From: Saprospiraceae bacterium
GTDB taxonomy: Bacteria; Bacteroidota; Bacteroidia; Chitinophagales; Saprospiraceae
Direction of reading: 5' to 3'
Assembly (NCBI GenBank): GCA_020630495.1
Contig: JAHDBH010000003.1
Coordinates: 11,059 to 75,058, forward strand
DNA: 64,000 bases
Shown: positions 48,089 through 57,708 of the stretch, piece by piece
How the letters are laid out: each line of letters opens with the position of its first letter
How positions within the stretch are numbered: position 1 is the first letter of the stretch
Translations under genes and position numbers: made by a program
Notes under the pieces: generated by a model
The model's input: the letters and a program-made list of their open reading frames with translations, nothing else
What the model was told of the DNA's origin: nothing
The model's database searches: none

Positions 48089-49630
48089 ATGATCCGATAC
48101 TGTATTCTGTTCCTTTTGCTGAGTCTTACTACTGTCTCGCTCGCTCAGACAGTGGCTGCTGACAAGGTCACGCTCGTAGCATCAGTAGGCAAGACAGTCT
48201 ATGTAGGTGATCTAGGAAATGGACTCCTTGATTTTGGTCAGACGTTTCGCACAGCTAGTACGCTGGGATTTGACTATCAGTGGAACTACTCCTATCAGAT
48301 CGGTCTACGATATAGCAGAGGTAAGGTGGGATATAGCAATCTCCAGGTGCTGCAGCTTAGGGAGGAGTTCTTGACCAGGTTTAAGTATCTGCGCGTGCAA
48401 GGAAGCTATGAGCTCAACAATGGTATCTTTCTACCGCTTGATGCACCACTTCGCATCTCCATACCACACAGTCTTGGGATTCTCCGCTATACATTCGACT
48501 CTGGTCAGGCAGATTCACACATGGGAATGTCGCTTGGACTATCTGCATCGTATCCAGTATATCGCGACATAGCAGTTTTCTATCAGATGGGTTACCACTG
48601 GACTATGTTTCCCAATCTGGAGGGCTCGCCTTTTCCCGAAAGGGACCGAAATGATCATATCATACTGCACGAGATAGGTGTGAAATATACCTTGCATCTC
48701 TCTGATGATCGAGACGGTGATGGGGTCCTGGACATGGATGATCTGTGTCCCAATCAGATAGGCACTGCTGAAATGAACGGATGTCCTGATAGTGATCTGG
48801 ATGGGATATCTGATCGTGAAGACGAGTGTATCTATGAACCTGGCCCGGCGAGCTCTCGTGGATGCCCTGATCGTGATGGTGACGGCGTACTCGATAAGCG
48901 TGACAAATGTCCAGATCTCTATGGACCTCTCGCTACGGCAGGCTGTCCTGATAGCGATGGTGATGGCATCCTTGACCATAAGGATAGATGTCCTCAGCAG
49001 GCTGGTCTCAAGAGGTACCAGGGCTGTCCTGATAGCGATGGTGATGGCATAGAAGACGGTCAAGACGCCTGTCCCAATATCGCTGGATTGCGATCACTGG
49101 CTGGATGCCCTGATAGTGATAGAGACGGAGTACCTGACTCCGAAGATGAGTGCCCTCGCATCAGTGGATCAGTAAGTGGGAGAGGCTGTCCTGATACGGA
49201 TGGTGATGGAATCTTGGACAAGGATGATCGCTGCCCCAGCGTATACGGATCTGCCAGCAAGCAGGGCTGTCCCGATGATGGATACTTCTCGCTGCAGGAA
49301 ATCGATGTGCTGGCGGAGCAGATATTTTTTAGCGGTAGATCTTCTAAATTGCTGACTACATCGAATGTAGTCATGGACAAAATTGCAAGCTATCTTAAGC
49401 GCCATCCTGAATACAAGCTGCAAATCATAGGCCACATGGATGCCCAAGGAGACGAAGAAGAGAATATGATTCATTCTCTAGAGCGCGCTGGTGAAATCAA
49501 GGCACAGCTGGTACGCCGGGGAATCAAGTCTCAGCGCATAGTTGCCAAAGGGCTGGGAGAAAACCAAGCTGGTGACGGATCTGATCTACGTCGGGATCGC
49601 AGGATAGAGTTGAAAGTCGGACTTCGATGA
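48089..49630 (+). CDS. OmpA-family outer-membrane protein with thrombospondin type-3 repeats
   Basis: Signal peptide, an N-terminal barrel-like region, repeated DxDGDG[IV]xDxxDxCP units, and a C-terminal OmpA domain ending RRDRRIELKV. Confidence 0.85.
   Translation: MIRYCILFLLLSLTTVSLAQTVAADKVTLVASVGKTVYVGDLGNGLLDFGQTFRTASTLGFDYQWNYSYQIGLRYSRGKVGYSNLQVLQLREEFLTRFKYLRVQGSYELNNGIFLPLDAPLRISIPHSLGILRYTFDSGQADSHMGMSLGLSASYPVYRDIAVFYQMGYHWTMFPNLEGSPFPERDRNDHIILHEIGVKYTLHLSDDRDGDGVLDMDDLCPNQIGTAEMNGCPDSDLDGISDREDECIYEPGPASSRGCPDRDGDGVLDKRDKCPDLYGPLATAGCPDSDGDGILDHKDRCPQQAGLKRYQGCPDSDGDGIEDGQDACPNIAGLRSLAGCPDSDRDGVPDSEDECPRISGSVSGRGCPDTDGDGILDKDDRCPSVYGSASKQGCPDDGYFSLQEIDVLAEQIFFSGRSSKLLTTSNVVMDKIASYLKRHPEYKLQIIGHMDAQGDEEENMIHSLERAGEIKAQLVRRGIKSQRIVAKGLGENQAGDGSDLRRDRRIELKVGLR
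48704..49283 (+). repeat. In-frame array of thrombospondin type-3 (Ca-binding) repeats
   Basis: About nine tandem units of the form GCPD[ST]D[GR]DG[IV]xDxxDxCP, read directly from the translation. Confidence 0.8.
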
Positions 49631-49780
49631 TGCGATGTATGCAGTAATATTATCATCAAATCGGGCATTATATTAGATAATTGTTAATTTGTTGCGTGTA
49701 AAGCGTTACCTTTTCGAACATTGATGGTCATACTATCAGTTACTTAGTCGATTTTTAATTCCTTACGATAATCAACAACT

Positions 49781-51412
49781 ATGCAAAAACTCAAACTCTC
49801 TTTCGTAGCACTGGCACTTGTGCTCAGTGTGATGCTATCAGCACAGACAGCTGATAGGCCTCTTTCTCTTGGTATAGGTGGGGCGAAAACCACTTACAAT
49901 GGTGAAATCGGAAATTCTTTCTTGAACTTCGATGAAGAATTTCAAGCATCCATTGCTGCTCGGCTAGGACTCTACTTGAGTCCATCATTTGACCTAGCAA
50001 TCGATGGATCGCACGGTCGCTATGGTCTCACAGAAGGTAATCAAAACTTCCTCAGTGATATGACTCAAGGTGCACTGAACCTGCAGTACAAATTTGCCAA
50101 TGGCAATCTCTTTGCAGAGGATGCCCTGATCAGACCATTCATCACAGCGGGTGTAGGTATCGCAACTTTTGATCCTATCAATGGAAGAGCAAAGTCTGGA
50201 ACCTCACTGCAGGTCCCAGTAGGAATAGGCGCCAAGCTCTACCTTACAGACGGACTCAATGTCTGGTGGAACAGCCGCTATGGTATCTTATTTGAAGACG
50301 GTGTAGACAGACTCATGACAGAAGAAGGTGATGATAGCTACCTACAGCATACCCTAGGTCTTGCACTCGATCTCGGAAACGGTGCCGACACAGATGGTGA
50401 CGGTGTGCGTGATAATGTAGATATGTGTCCTGACGTGCCAGGTCTCAAAGAGATGGCTGGATGCCCAGATAGCGACGGTGACGGTATTAAGGATTCTGAT
50501 GATTCCTGCCCACTCGTAGCTGGTAAGTTGGAAAACTTAGGCTGCCCAGATAGCGATGGTGACGGGATCGTAGATAAAGATGATAAGTGCCCCAATGTAG
50601 CTGGACTCCAGACTCTCATGGGTTGCCCAGATGCAGATGGTGACGGGATCGCTGATGGCGATGACGACTGTCCCAATGCTGCTGGTACGGCTGCTACGAG
50701 AGGATGCCCAGATAGCGACGGCGATGGGGTAGCAGATAATAAGGATAAGTGTCCACAAGTAGCTGGTGTAGCAAGCTTGAGTGGATGTCCAGATAGCGAC
50801 GGTGACGGGATCGCCGATGGCGATGATAGATGCCCTCAAGTAGCTGGTGTGAGATCAGCAAGTGGTTGTCCAGATGCCGATGGCGATGGTGTAGCAGACG
50901 CTGATGACAAGTGTCCTTCTCAGAAAGGTCCAGCGAGCAACAACGGTTGCCCAGCCGATCCTGATACGGACGGTGACGGTGTCGTAGATCGTCTAGACAG
51001 GTGTCCTGAGACTCCAGGCCTCAAGTCTAACAATGGTTGCCCACAGGTAAAAGAAGAAGTGAAGCAAGTGATGAGACAGGCTCTAGAGGGTGTATTCTTT
51101 GAGACTTCTAGCGCACGTATCAAGACAGAGTCATACGCTGTACTGGACAATGTGGTGACAGTCATGCAAGATAACCCATCTTTCCAACTGCTCATCAGTG
51201 GTCACACAGACAGTCGTGGTGACGATGAGATGAACCGCGATCTATCTCAGAAGCGTGCAGACTCAGTGCGCCAGTACCTCATCAATAAAGGTGTAGATCG
51301 CAGCCGCATGCGTGCCGTAGGATTTGGTGAGACGCAGCCAGTAGCAAGTAATGATACGAGCGCTGGTAGAGCTAAGAATAGACGAGTAGAGTTCACGGTA
51401 GAGTTTAAGTAA
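49781..51412 (+). CDS. OmpA-family outer-membrane protein with thrombospondin type-3 repeats (tandem paralogue)
   Basis: Same architecture as 48089-49630. The OmpA domain carries GHTDSRGDDEMN..LSQKRA and NRRVEFTV. Confidence 0.85.
   Translation: MQKLKLSFVALALVLSVMLSAQTADRPLSLGIGGAKTTYNGEIGNSFLNFDEEFQASIAARLGLYLSPSFDLAIDGSHGRYGLTEGNQNFLSDMTQGALNLQYKFANGNLFAEDALIRPFITAGVGIATFDPINGRAKSGTSLQVPVGIGAKLYLTDGLNVWWNSRYGILFEDGVDRLMTEEGDDSYLQHTLGLALDLGNGADTDGDGVRDNVDMCPDVPGLKEMAGCPDSDGDGIKDSDDSCPLVAGKLENLGCPDSDGDGIVDKDDKCPNVAGLQTLMGCPDADGDGIADGDDDCPNAAGTAATRGCPDSDGDGVADNKDKCPQVAGVASLSGCPDSDGDGIADGDDRCPQVAGVRSASGCPDADGDGVADADDKCPSQKGPASNNGCPADPDTDGDGVVDRLDRCPETPGLKSNNGCPQVKEEVKQVMRQALEGVFFETSSARIKTESYAVLDNVVTVMQDNPSFQLLISGHTDSRGDDEMNRDLSQKRADSVRQYLINKGVDRSRMRAVGFGETQPVASNDTSAGRAKNRRVEFTVEFK
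50381..51045 (+). repeat. In-frame array of thrombospondin type-3 repeats
   Basis: About ten tandem GCPDSDGDGI.D..D.CP units. Confidence 0.8.
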
Positions 51413-51446
51413 TCTCTCCGAGGGAGCTACACATATAGCTTTTAGC

Positions 51447-51479
51447 AAAGGGCGTGTCACTGAGTGGCGCGCCCTTTTT
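51447..51479 (+). terminator. Rho-independent terminator after the second ompA paralogue
   Basis: Stem aaagggcg / cgcccttt around a 15-nt loop, followed by a T-run (ccctttttac). Confidence 0.6.
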
Positions 51480-51568
51480 ACTTATGTGAGATGTAGATAA
51501 AAAGTGCAGGAGGGGCGCAGATTCTATGGGGTGGGTAGGATCTTTTGAGCCTTTCGGCCAAAAAAATG

Positions 51569-51610
51569 CTAATTATATTATCATGACAATGTAATTAGTA
51601 TCTATATTTG
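51569..51610 (+). promoter_or_regulatory. Promoter and candidate operator of the LexA-like repressor gene
   Basis: ctaattatatta (51569-51580), taattagta-tc-tatattt (51592-51609), and tatatttg (51603-51610), an exact TAnnTTTG -7 box only 5 nt before the ATG. Both motifs recur at 57631-57652. Confidence 0.4.
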
Positions 51611-51615
51611 TACAC

Positions 51616-52404
51616 ATGAGTTACTTGAGTAAGAATATAAAGCTACTCCGCAAGCGATCCTCCTGGACACAGGCTGGACTGGCCGAGCGACTAGGGCTGA
51701 AGCGATCACTGATAGGAGCCTATGAGGAGGGCCGTGCCGAGCCCAAGATCTCTACACTGCAGCGCATGTCTGCGCTATTCCAGCAGACCATAGATGAGCT
51801 AGTCCACTATGATCTAGAGATCGCCACAGGTGCAGACTATCAGGGGAGAGGTCTGAGGATCTTGCCCATACCAGTAGATGCAGAGCAGCGAGAGCGGATC
51901 TCTGTAGTGCCTATCCAGGCACAGGCAGGCTACTTACATGGCTATGGTGATCCTGAGTTTATAGAGGATTTGCCTAGCTTTTCCTTGCCACTCCGCGAGT
52001 TGCCCCCAGAGCTCACGTATCGGCTCTTTCAGATCCAGGGAGACAGCATGCTTCCTGTGCAGCCAGGGAGCTATATCATATCCAGCTATATCGATGACTG
52101 GACCAGTATCAGAGACGGTAAGACCTATGTCATCGTCACACGAGATGATGGACTCGTCTATAAGCGTGCCTGGAAGCAGTCTGATGCGCACAGCTTACTG
52201 CTCCGTTCAGACAATACCGAGTATGAGCCTTATGATCTATCGTTAGATGCTGTAGCTGAACTATGGCAGGCGAGGGGTGTGATCAATTTTCAATTGCCAG
52301 ATCAGCACAGCCCGCAGCAGAAAGATCTGCAGCAGATATCTGCTACACTGTTTTCCCTACAGCAAGATGTAGCCAGCCTCAAGAGCAAGCTAGATGAGGA
52401 GTGA
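51616..52404 (+). CDS. XRE/CI-type HTH + S24 peptidase repressor (non-canonical LexA type)
   Basis: HTH LLRKRSSWTQAGLAERLGLKRSLIGAYEEGRAEP, a possible Ala-Gly cleavage site in PIQAQAGYL, the S24 Ser in QGDSMLP and the Lys in VYKRAWK. Confidence 0.8.
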   Translation: MSYLSKNIKLLRKRSSWTQAGLAERLGLKRSLIGAYEEGRAEPKISTLQRMSALFQQTIDELVHYDLEIATGADYQGRGLRILPIPVDAEQRERISVVPIQAQAGYLHGYGDPEFIEDLPSFSLPLRELPPELTYRLFQIQGDSMLPVQPGSYIISSYIDDWTSIRDGKTYVIVTRDDGLVYKRAWKQSDAHSLLLRSDNTEYEPYDLSLDAVAELWQARGVINFQLPDQHSPQQKDLQQISATLFSLQQDVASLKSKLDEE

Positions 52405-52486
52405 TCCTACAAGACTGAGCTGTATGCGGTAGCATCTACTTCATTTCTGACATTCATCTTTTTTATTCATCATCATTCCAGTTACT

Positions 52487-53338
52487 ATGTGCGGTAGATA
52501 CGTCACCATCAGCAAGATACAATCCATAGAAAAGCGATTTCATGTCCAGTGCTCTGATCCATCACTTTATCAGATCAGCACTAATGTCTCACCAGGGCAG
52601 CTAGCACCTATCATCACAGATGACAAACCTAGCGAGCTGCAGTTTTTCCAATTTGGCTTCACGCCCTCATGGGCTAAGAAGCAATTCTATGTTATCAATG
52701 CTCGTAGTGAAGGTGATTTTAATAAAGACAATGATCCACAGTATCACGGTGCTATGGGAATCATTCACAAGCCGATGTTCCGCAAGTCCATCAGGTCACA
52801 GCGCTGTCTAGTCGTAGCTGATGCTTTCTACGAAGGGCCCAAAAAAGAAAAGCTCAGCAAGCCCCATCTCGTCTACTTGCAAAATGGTAAGCGCCCTTTT
52901 GCTTTTGCTGGTATCTGGGATAAGTGGGTCAATGAAGTGACAGGAGAGGTCATCCACTCATTTGCCATCATCACCACCCAGGCCAATGCGCTGATGCAGT
53001 GGATAGGACATCATAGGTCGCCCGTGGTCTTGCCGCGCACTTACGAGCAGGCCTGGCTCTCAGGCGATCTTCCACTCAGCGAAGTCAGCTCCATGCTCAA
53101 GCCCTTTCCTGCTCGCAAGATGAATGCCTATCCTGTGAGCACTGAGGTCAAAAATCCCAAGCATGACGGCCTAGAACTCCTCAAGCCTGTAGGGCAGAGG
53201 ATCTACAAAGAATACGACTACTTCCTCTATGAGGATTACAAACTAGAAGGCATGGGCAGCACTACCGCTCGTCAGCGCAAGCTCAGCGAATCACAGCCAG
53301 ATGATGATCACGCACTTCCAGAGTCTCGCACCAGCTGA
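52487..53338 (+). CDS. SOS-response-associated peptidase (SRAP/YedK/HMCES family)
   Basis: MCGRY N-terminus (catalytic Cys2), with FAFAGIWD and SFAIITT motifs. Confidence 0.9.
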   Translation: MCGRYVTISKIQSIEKRFHVQCSDPSLYQISTNVSPGQLAPIITDDKPSELQFFQFGFTPSWAKKQFYVINARSEGDFNKDNDPQYHGAMGIIHKPMFRKSIRSQRCLVVADAFYEGPKKEKLSKPHLVYLQNGKRPFAFAGIWDKWVNEVTGEVIHSFAIITTQANALMQWIGHHRSPVVLPRTYEQAWLSGDLPLSEVSSMLKPFPARKMNAYPVSTEVKNPKHDGLELLKPVGQRIYKEYDYFLYEDYKLEGMGSTTARQRKLSESQPDDDHALPESRTS

Positions 53339-53356
53339 GTAGGCGTACTTGCAGTC

Positions 53357-56356
53357 ATGTATCTCAATACACATAGCGCCTATAGCCTTCGCTATGGTGT
53401 AGTACAGCCACAAGCCATACTGCAGTGGGCGGCAAAGTGCGGTATACAGCGTATGGCTCTCACTGATATCAATGCTGGCTCTGCTGCTATGGACTGGGTC
53501 CGTATGGCGCCCGACTATGGTATACATCCTGTGGTGGGCATAGACTTCCGCAATGGTGCAGACCAGTGCTACGTAGCCCTCGCAAGGAATCATATAGGCT
53601 ACTACGAGATCTGCCAGCACCTGAGTCGCTATCTACACAGTAAGCAGCCTATTCCCGCAGAGGCCCCTAAGTTGCAAGGCGCCTATATCATCTACCCATG
53701 GGGCAAGGAGCCACAGCGACGATTAAGAGATCATGAATACTTGGGAATCAGACCTCAGCAACTCAATCGATTACAACTGCTCCAGAAGCCAGATATCCCT
53801 CGTAGCAAATGGGTAGCTCTGGCGAGTTGCACATTTCGCGGAAAGCGGGATCACAATGCCCATCGTCTCCTCCGCGCAGTAGCTAATAATGTACTGCTCA
53901 GCAAACTGGACAAGCGAGAAGAAGGCTTGCTCTCAGACCACTACCATACTCCTGAGCAGCTCGCAGAGGTCTATAAGCAGATGCCTGATTTGCTGCTACG
54001 CAGTGAAGAGCTACTGGAGAGCTGCGAGGTGGACTTTGGCTTTCGAGATGAGCAGATGCAAGCTAAGAATCTGCGCAGCTACACTGGCACCATCGAGGAG
54101 GATATCAGACTCATCAGATCTCTGTGTGACCAGGGACTCAGCTATCGCTATCCAGAGCCATCACCCGTAGTCCACTATCGTATAGAGAAAGAACTAGAGA
54201 TCATAGAGAAAAAAGGATTTCTCTCGTACTTCCTGATCAACTGGGATATCACCCGCTATGCGAGACAGCAAGGGTATTTCTATGTGGGACGAGGAAGTGG
54301 AGCAAATAGCATCGTGGCTTATATCCTGAGAATCACTGATGTAGACCCCATAGAGCTCGACTTATACTTTGAGCGATTTATCAATCTCTACCGTCAAAAT
54401 CCTCCCGACTTTGACATCGACTTTTCCTGGACGGACAGGGACGATGTGACTCGCTATATATTTGATCGATTCCCTGATGCGTCACTACTAGCTACTTACA
54501 ATACCTTCCAGTACAGAGCTGTGGTGCGTGAGCTGGGAAAGGTATTTGGTCTTCCCAAGCGTGAGATTGACAAGCTGAGTACAGGTGACTTCTCCATGCA
54601 GCAGTTAGATTCACTCAGTCAGCTCGTACTCAAGTACAGTTCACACATCCAGGGGCTGCCTAGCTATCTGAGTATCCATGCGGGTGGAATACTGATCCCA
54701 GAGATAGACATCCATCACTATACACCGACATTCTTACCACCCAAGGGATATCCCACCACGCAGTTTGACATGGTGGTAGCAGAGGATATCGGCCTGGACA
54801 AATTTGACATTCTCAGTCAGCGTGGACTGGGTAAGATCAAGGACGCACTCCATATCATCAGGGACAATCAGCCTCAGACTCAGCTCGCAGACATTCACAA
54901 TCTGAGTAGTCTCAAAGAAGATGAAAAGATCAAGAGCATCCTGAGACAGGGCAAGGCACTTGGCTGCTTCTACGTGGAATCGCCCGCCATGCGTATGCTG
55001 CTCAGCAAGCTCAGGGTAGATAGCTACCTAGGCCTGGTGGCGGCAAGCTCTATCATCAGACCCGGTGTGTCCAACTCTGGAATGATGCGCGAGTATATCA
55101 TCCGCTATAGAGATCCAGCTCGGCGCCAAGATGCCCATCCCACCATGCTAGAGATCATGCCAGACACCTATGGTGTGATGGTGTATCAAGAAGATGTGAT
55201 CAAGGTGGCGCACTACTTTGCTGGTCTGACACTGGGCGAGGCAGATGTACTTCGTAGAGGGATGTCTGGGAAGTTTCGCTCGCGCAGTGAGTTTCAGAAG
55301 GTGAAGCAGAAGTTTTTTGACAATTGTAAAGAGATAGGCCACACAGATCAGCTCACCGCAGAGATCTGGCGACAGATAGAGAGCTTCGCTGGATATGCAT
55401 TTGCTAAGGGGCACTCAGCATCCTATGCTGTAGAAAGCTACCAAAGCCTCTATCTCAAGGCGCACTTTCCTCTAGAGTATATGGTCGCTACGATTAACAA
55501 TTTTGGAGGATTTTATAGGACGGAGATCTACGTACACGAGGCGCGTATCCATGGAGCCGACATACAGAATCCCTGTATCAATCACAGCGACTTTGTCACC
55601 ACGCTCCACGGCAAGCGGCTGTATCTGGGCTTTATGCATGTGCGTGAGCTAGAGGCCGCTGGCGCGCAGCAGATCGAGCAGGAGCGAGCGCTCAATGGCC
55701 CGTATCTCAGCCTGGACAACTTTCTGGATCGCTTGCCGCTCAGCCTTGATCAAGCGAGCATACTGATCCGCACGGACGCATTTCGCTGCACGGGTAAGCA
55801 TCGGCGTACACTCCTGTGGGAACTCCACATGAAGTACGGCAAGGTCAAGAAGCCACAGGTGGCACCACTGTTTGGCTATACCAGGAGGCAATGGAATGTC
55901 CCATCGCTGTATCAGGATCAACTAGAGGATGTATATGATGAGCTCGAGCTCATAGGATTTCCCGTGACGCAGTCGCCCTTTGCACTGTTGCAAGAAGATC
56001 CTCCATCTCACGTGCTTAGGCAAGACTGGCCATCGTACACAGGACAGGAAATCACGGCAGTCGGCTACTTAGTGGCCGTCAAGAACACTAAGACTAAGCG
56101 CGGTGATCGGATGAAGTTTGCCAATTTTCTGGATCGACAGGGTCACTTTATCGATACGGTACATTTTCCTCCTGTGGCTGCGGCGTACCCCTTTCGGGGA
56201 AAAGGTATCTACCTCATCCGCGGTCGTGTCACAGAGGAATTTGGCTTTCATAGCCTAGAAGCCAGCTACCTAGAAAAGCTTGCTTATACACCTGATCCAC
56301 GCTATGCTGAGATGAAAACCATGAAGATACCCAAGATAGAAAAAGTACACAGATGA
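53357..56356 (+). CDS. dnaE2: Error-prone DNA polymerase III alpha-type subunit (DnaE2/ImuC-like)
   Basis: PHP domain start YLNTHSAYSLRYG, Pol IIIalpha palm/fingers (GRGSGANSIVAY, FDIDF, IRPG) and an OB domain. The 999-aa length and the genomic context favour DnaE2 over the replicative DnaE. Confidence 0.85.
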   Translation: MYLNTHSAYSLRYGVVQPQAILQWAAKCGIQRMALTDINAGSAAMDWVRMAPDYGIHPVVGIDFRNGADQCYVALARNHIGYYEICQHLSRYLHSKQPIPAEAPKLQGAYIIYPWGKEPQRRLRDHEYLGIRPQQLNRLQLLQKPDIPRSKWVALASCTFRGKRDHNAHRLLRAVANNVLLSKLDKREEGLLSDHYHTPEQLAEVYKQMPDLLLRSEELLESCEVDFGFRDEQMQAKNLRSYTGTIEEDIRLIRSLCDQGLSYRYPEPSPVVHYRIEKELEIIEKKGFLSYFLINWDITRYARQQGYFYVGRGSGANSIVAYILRITDVDPIELDLYFERFINLYRQNPPDFDIDFSWTDRDDVTRYIFDRFPDASLLATYNTFQYRAVVRELGKVFGLPKREIDKLSTGDFSMQQLDSLSQLVLKYSSHIQGLPSYLSIHAGGILIPEIDIHHYTPTFLPPKGYPTTQFDMVVAEDIGLDKFDILSQRGLGKIKDALHIIRDNQPQTQLADIHNLSSLKEDEKIKSILRQGKALGCFYVESPAMRMLLSKLRVDSYLGLVAASSIIRPGVSNSGMMREYIIRYRDPARRQDAHPTMLEIMPDTYGVMVYQEDVIKVAHYFAGLTLGEADVLRRGMSGKFRSRSEFQKVKQKFFDNCKEIGHTDQLTAEIWRQIESFAGYAFAKGHSASYAVESYQSLYLKAHFPLEYMVATINNFGGFYRTEIYVHEARIHGADIQNPCINHSDFVTTLHGKRLYLGFMHVRELEAAGAQQIEQERALNGPYLSLDNFLDRLPLSLDQASILIRTDAFRCTGKHRRTLLWELHMKYGKVKKPQVAPLFGYTRRQWNVPSLYQDQLEDVYDELELIGFPVTQSPFALLQEDPPSHVLRQDWPSYTGQEITAVGYLVAVKNTKTKRGDRMKFANFLDRQGHFIDTVHFPPVAAAYPFRGKGIYLIRGRVTEEFGFHSLEASYLEKLAYTPDPRYAEMKTMKIPKIEKVHR

Positions 56357-57570
56357 GTAGCGATAGAGCCATAGCGCATATAGATCTAGACACCTTCTTT
56401 GTATCCTGTGAGCGACTCATAGACAGTCGACTTGAGGGTAAGCCTGTACTTATAGGAGGCACTACAGATAGGGGAGTGGTGGCCTCCTGCAGCTACGAGG
56501 CAAGAAAATTTGGTATACACTCTGCGATGCCTATGAAGATGGCTCGGCAGCTATGCCCAGAGGCAATCGTCATCCGAGGCAATAGTGGTACATATACTAA
56601 GTACTCAGAGATGGTCACAGAAATCATCCGCGAGGATGTGCCGCTATTTGAAAAGACCTCCATCGATGAATTTTATATGGATCTCAGCGGTATGGACAAG
56701 TACTTTGGATGCATGCAATATGCTAGTAAGCTCCGCCATCGGATCATCAAGGAAACAGGCCTTCCCATATCCTTTGGCCTGTCAGCTAATAAGACGGTAT
56801 CCAAGATCGCTACAGGAGAAGCTAAGCCCAATAATGAACTACAGATCGACTATGGCACAGAAAAGCCCTTCCTAGCTCCTCTCTCTGTACGTAAGATTCC
56901 CAGTGTGGGTAACAAGACTTATCAGACTCTGCGCAATCTGGGTGTAAAAGTGATCCATACAATCCAAGAGATGCCCGTGGAGATGATGGAGCGAGTCTTT
57001 GGGCAGAATGGCATCAGCATATGGAAAAAGGCCAATGCACTAGACAACTCTCCTGTACAGCCCTACACAGAGCGTAAGTCTATCTCTACAGAGAGGACAT
57101 TTGATAGAGACACCATAGATGTACAGCGACTCCAAGGCATCCTCACAGCCATGGCAGAAAATCTATGCTTTCAACTGCGTCGTGGTAAGAAGCTTACGGC
57201 TTGTATCACCGTCAAGGTACGATACTCGGACTTCACTACTCAGACACTGCAGAAGCGCATCCCCTATACGGCTGCCGATCACAAGGTGATACCACTCGTG
57301 CAAGAGCTCTTTAAGAAACTCTACAATCGTCGACTCCGTGTACGCCTCATAGGTATACGATGCAGTCACCTAGTCAGTGGTTCGTATCAGATCGATCTCT
57401 TTGATGATGCGGAGTCTACACTCAAGCTATATCAAGCGATGGATCATATCAGAGAGAAATACGGTGATAGATCTGTAGTGAGAGCATCAGGACTCCACGC
57501 ACGCACGATTGGCAGATACAATCCATTTTCTGGTGATCCACCACCACTATTGGCTAATCGGAGACAGTAA
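56353..57570 (+). CDS. dinB: Y-family DNA polymerase IV (DinB-like, catalytic residues intact)
   Basis: IAHIDLDTFFVSCE and SIDEFYMDL retain the catalytic Asp/Asp-Glu. KIATGEAKPN and IPSVGNKT motifs are present. The ATGA start overlaps the dnaE2 stop. Confidence 0.85.
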   Translation: MSSDRAIAHIDLDTFFVSCERLIDSRLEGKPVLIGGTTDRGVVASCSYEARKFGIHSAMPMKMARQLCPEAIVIRGNSGTYTKYSEMVTEIIREDVPLFEKTSIDEFYMDLSGMDKYFGCMQYASKLRHRIIKETGLPISFGLSANKTVSKIATGEAKPNNELQIDYGTEKPFLAPLSVRKIPSVGNKTYQTLRNLGVKVIHTIQEMPVEMMERVFGQNGISIWKKANALDNSPVQPYTERKSISTERTFDRDTIDVQRLQGILTAMAENLCFQLRRGKKLTACITVKVRYSDFTTQTLQKRIPYTAADHKVIPLVQELFKKLYNRRLRVRLIGIRCSHLVSGSYQIDLFDDAESTLKLYQAMDHIREKYGDRSVVRASGLHARTIGRYNPFSGDPPPLLANRRQ

Positions 57571-57620
57571 GGCACAGATATGCTGATAGGGCGAACTATA
57601 TCATAGATAATGCCATTTTT

Positions 57621-57653
57621 ATTAGCATCCTAATATAATTAGTAGTATATTTA
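57621..57653 (+). promoter_or_regulatory. Candidate second operator/promoter upstream of the radical-SAM gene
   Basis: attag-catc-ctaat inverted repeat (57621-57634). taatataattag (57631-57642) is the exact reverse complement of 51569-51580. taattagta-g-tatattt (57636-57652) matches 51592-51609. tatattta is a near -7 box. Confidence 0.35.
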
Positions 57654-57708
57654 TCTCGGCGTGCTAGAGCAGAACAACTAAGCTCGAGCCAGCCTAAAAA
57701 GTATCGCT

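Noticed and set aside
49644-49680. AT-rich stretch gtaatattatcatcaaatcgggcattatattagataa upstream of the second ompA, resembling the candidate operator
   Set aside because: It shares only short pieces (attatcat, ttatatta) and lacks the taattagta-N-tatattt unit. This is within what AT-rich promoter DNA would produce by chance.
48539-50839. Several long ORFs (86-174 aa) on the minus strand or in alternative frames within both ompA/TSP3 genes
   Set aside because: They lie entirely inside the GAT/GGT/GAC-rich TSP3 repeat DNA. Their translations are low-complexity (S/P/G or I/A/T runs) and they have no independent start context. They are out-of-frame and antisense artefacts of repeats.
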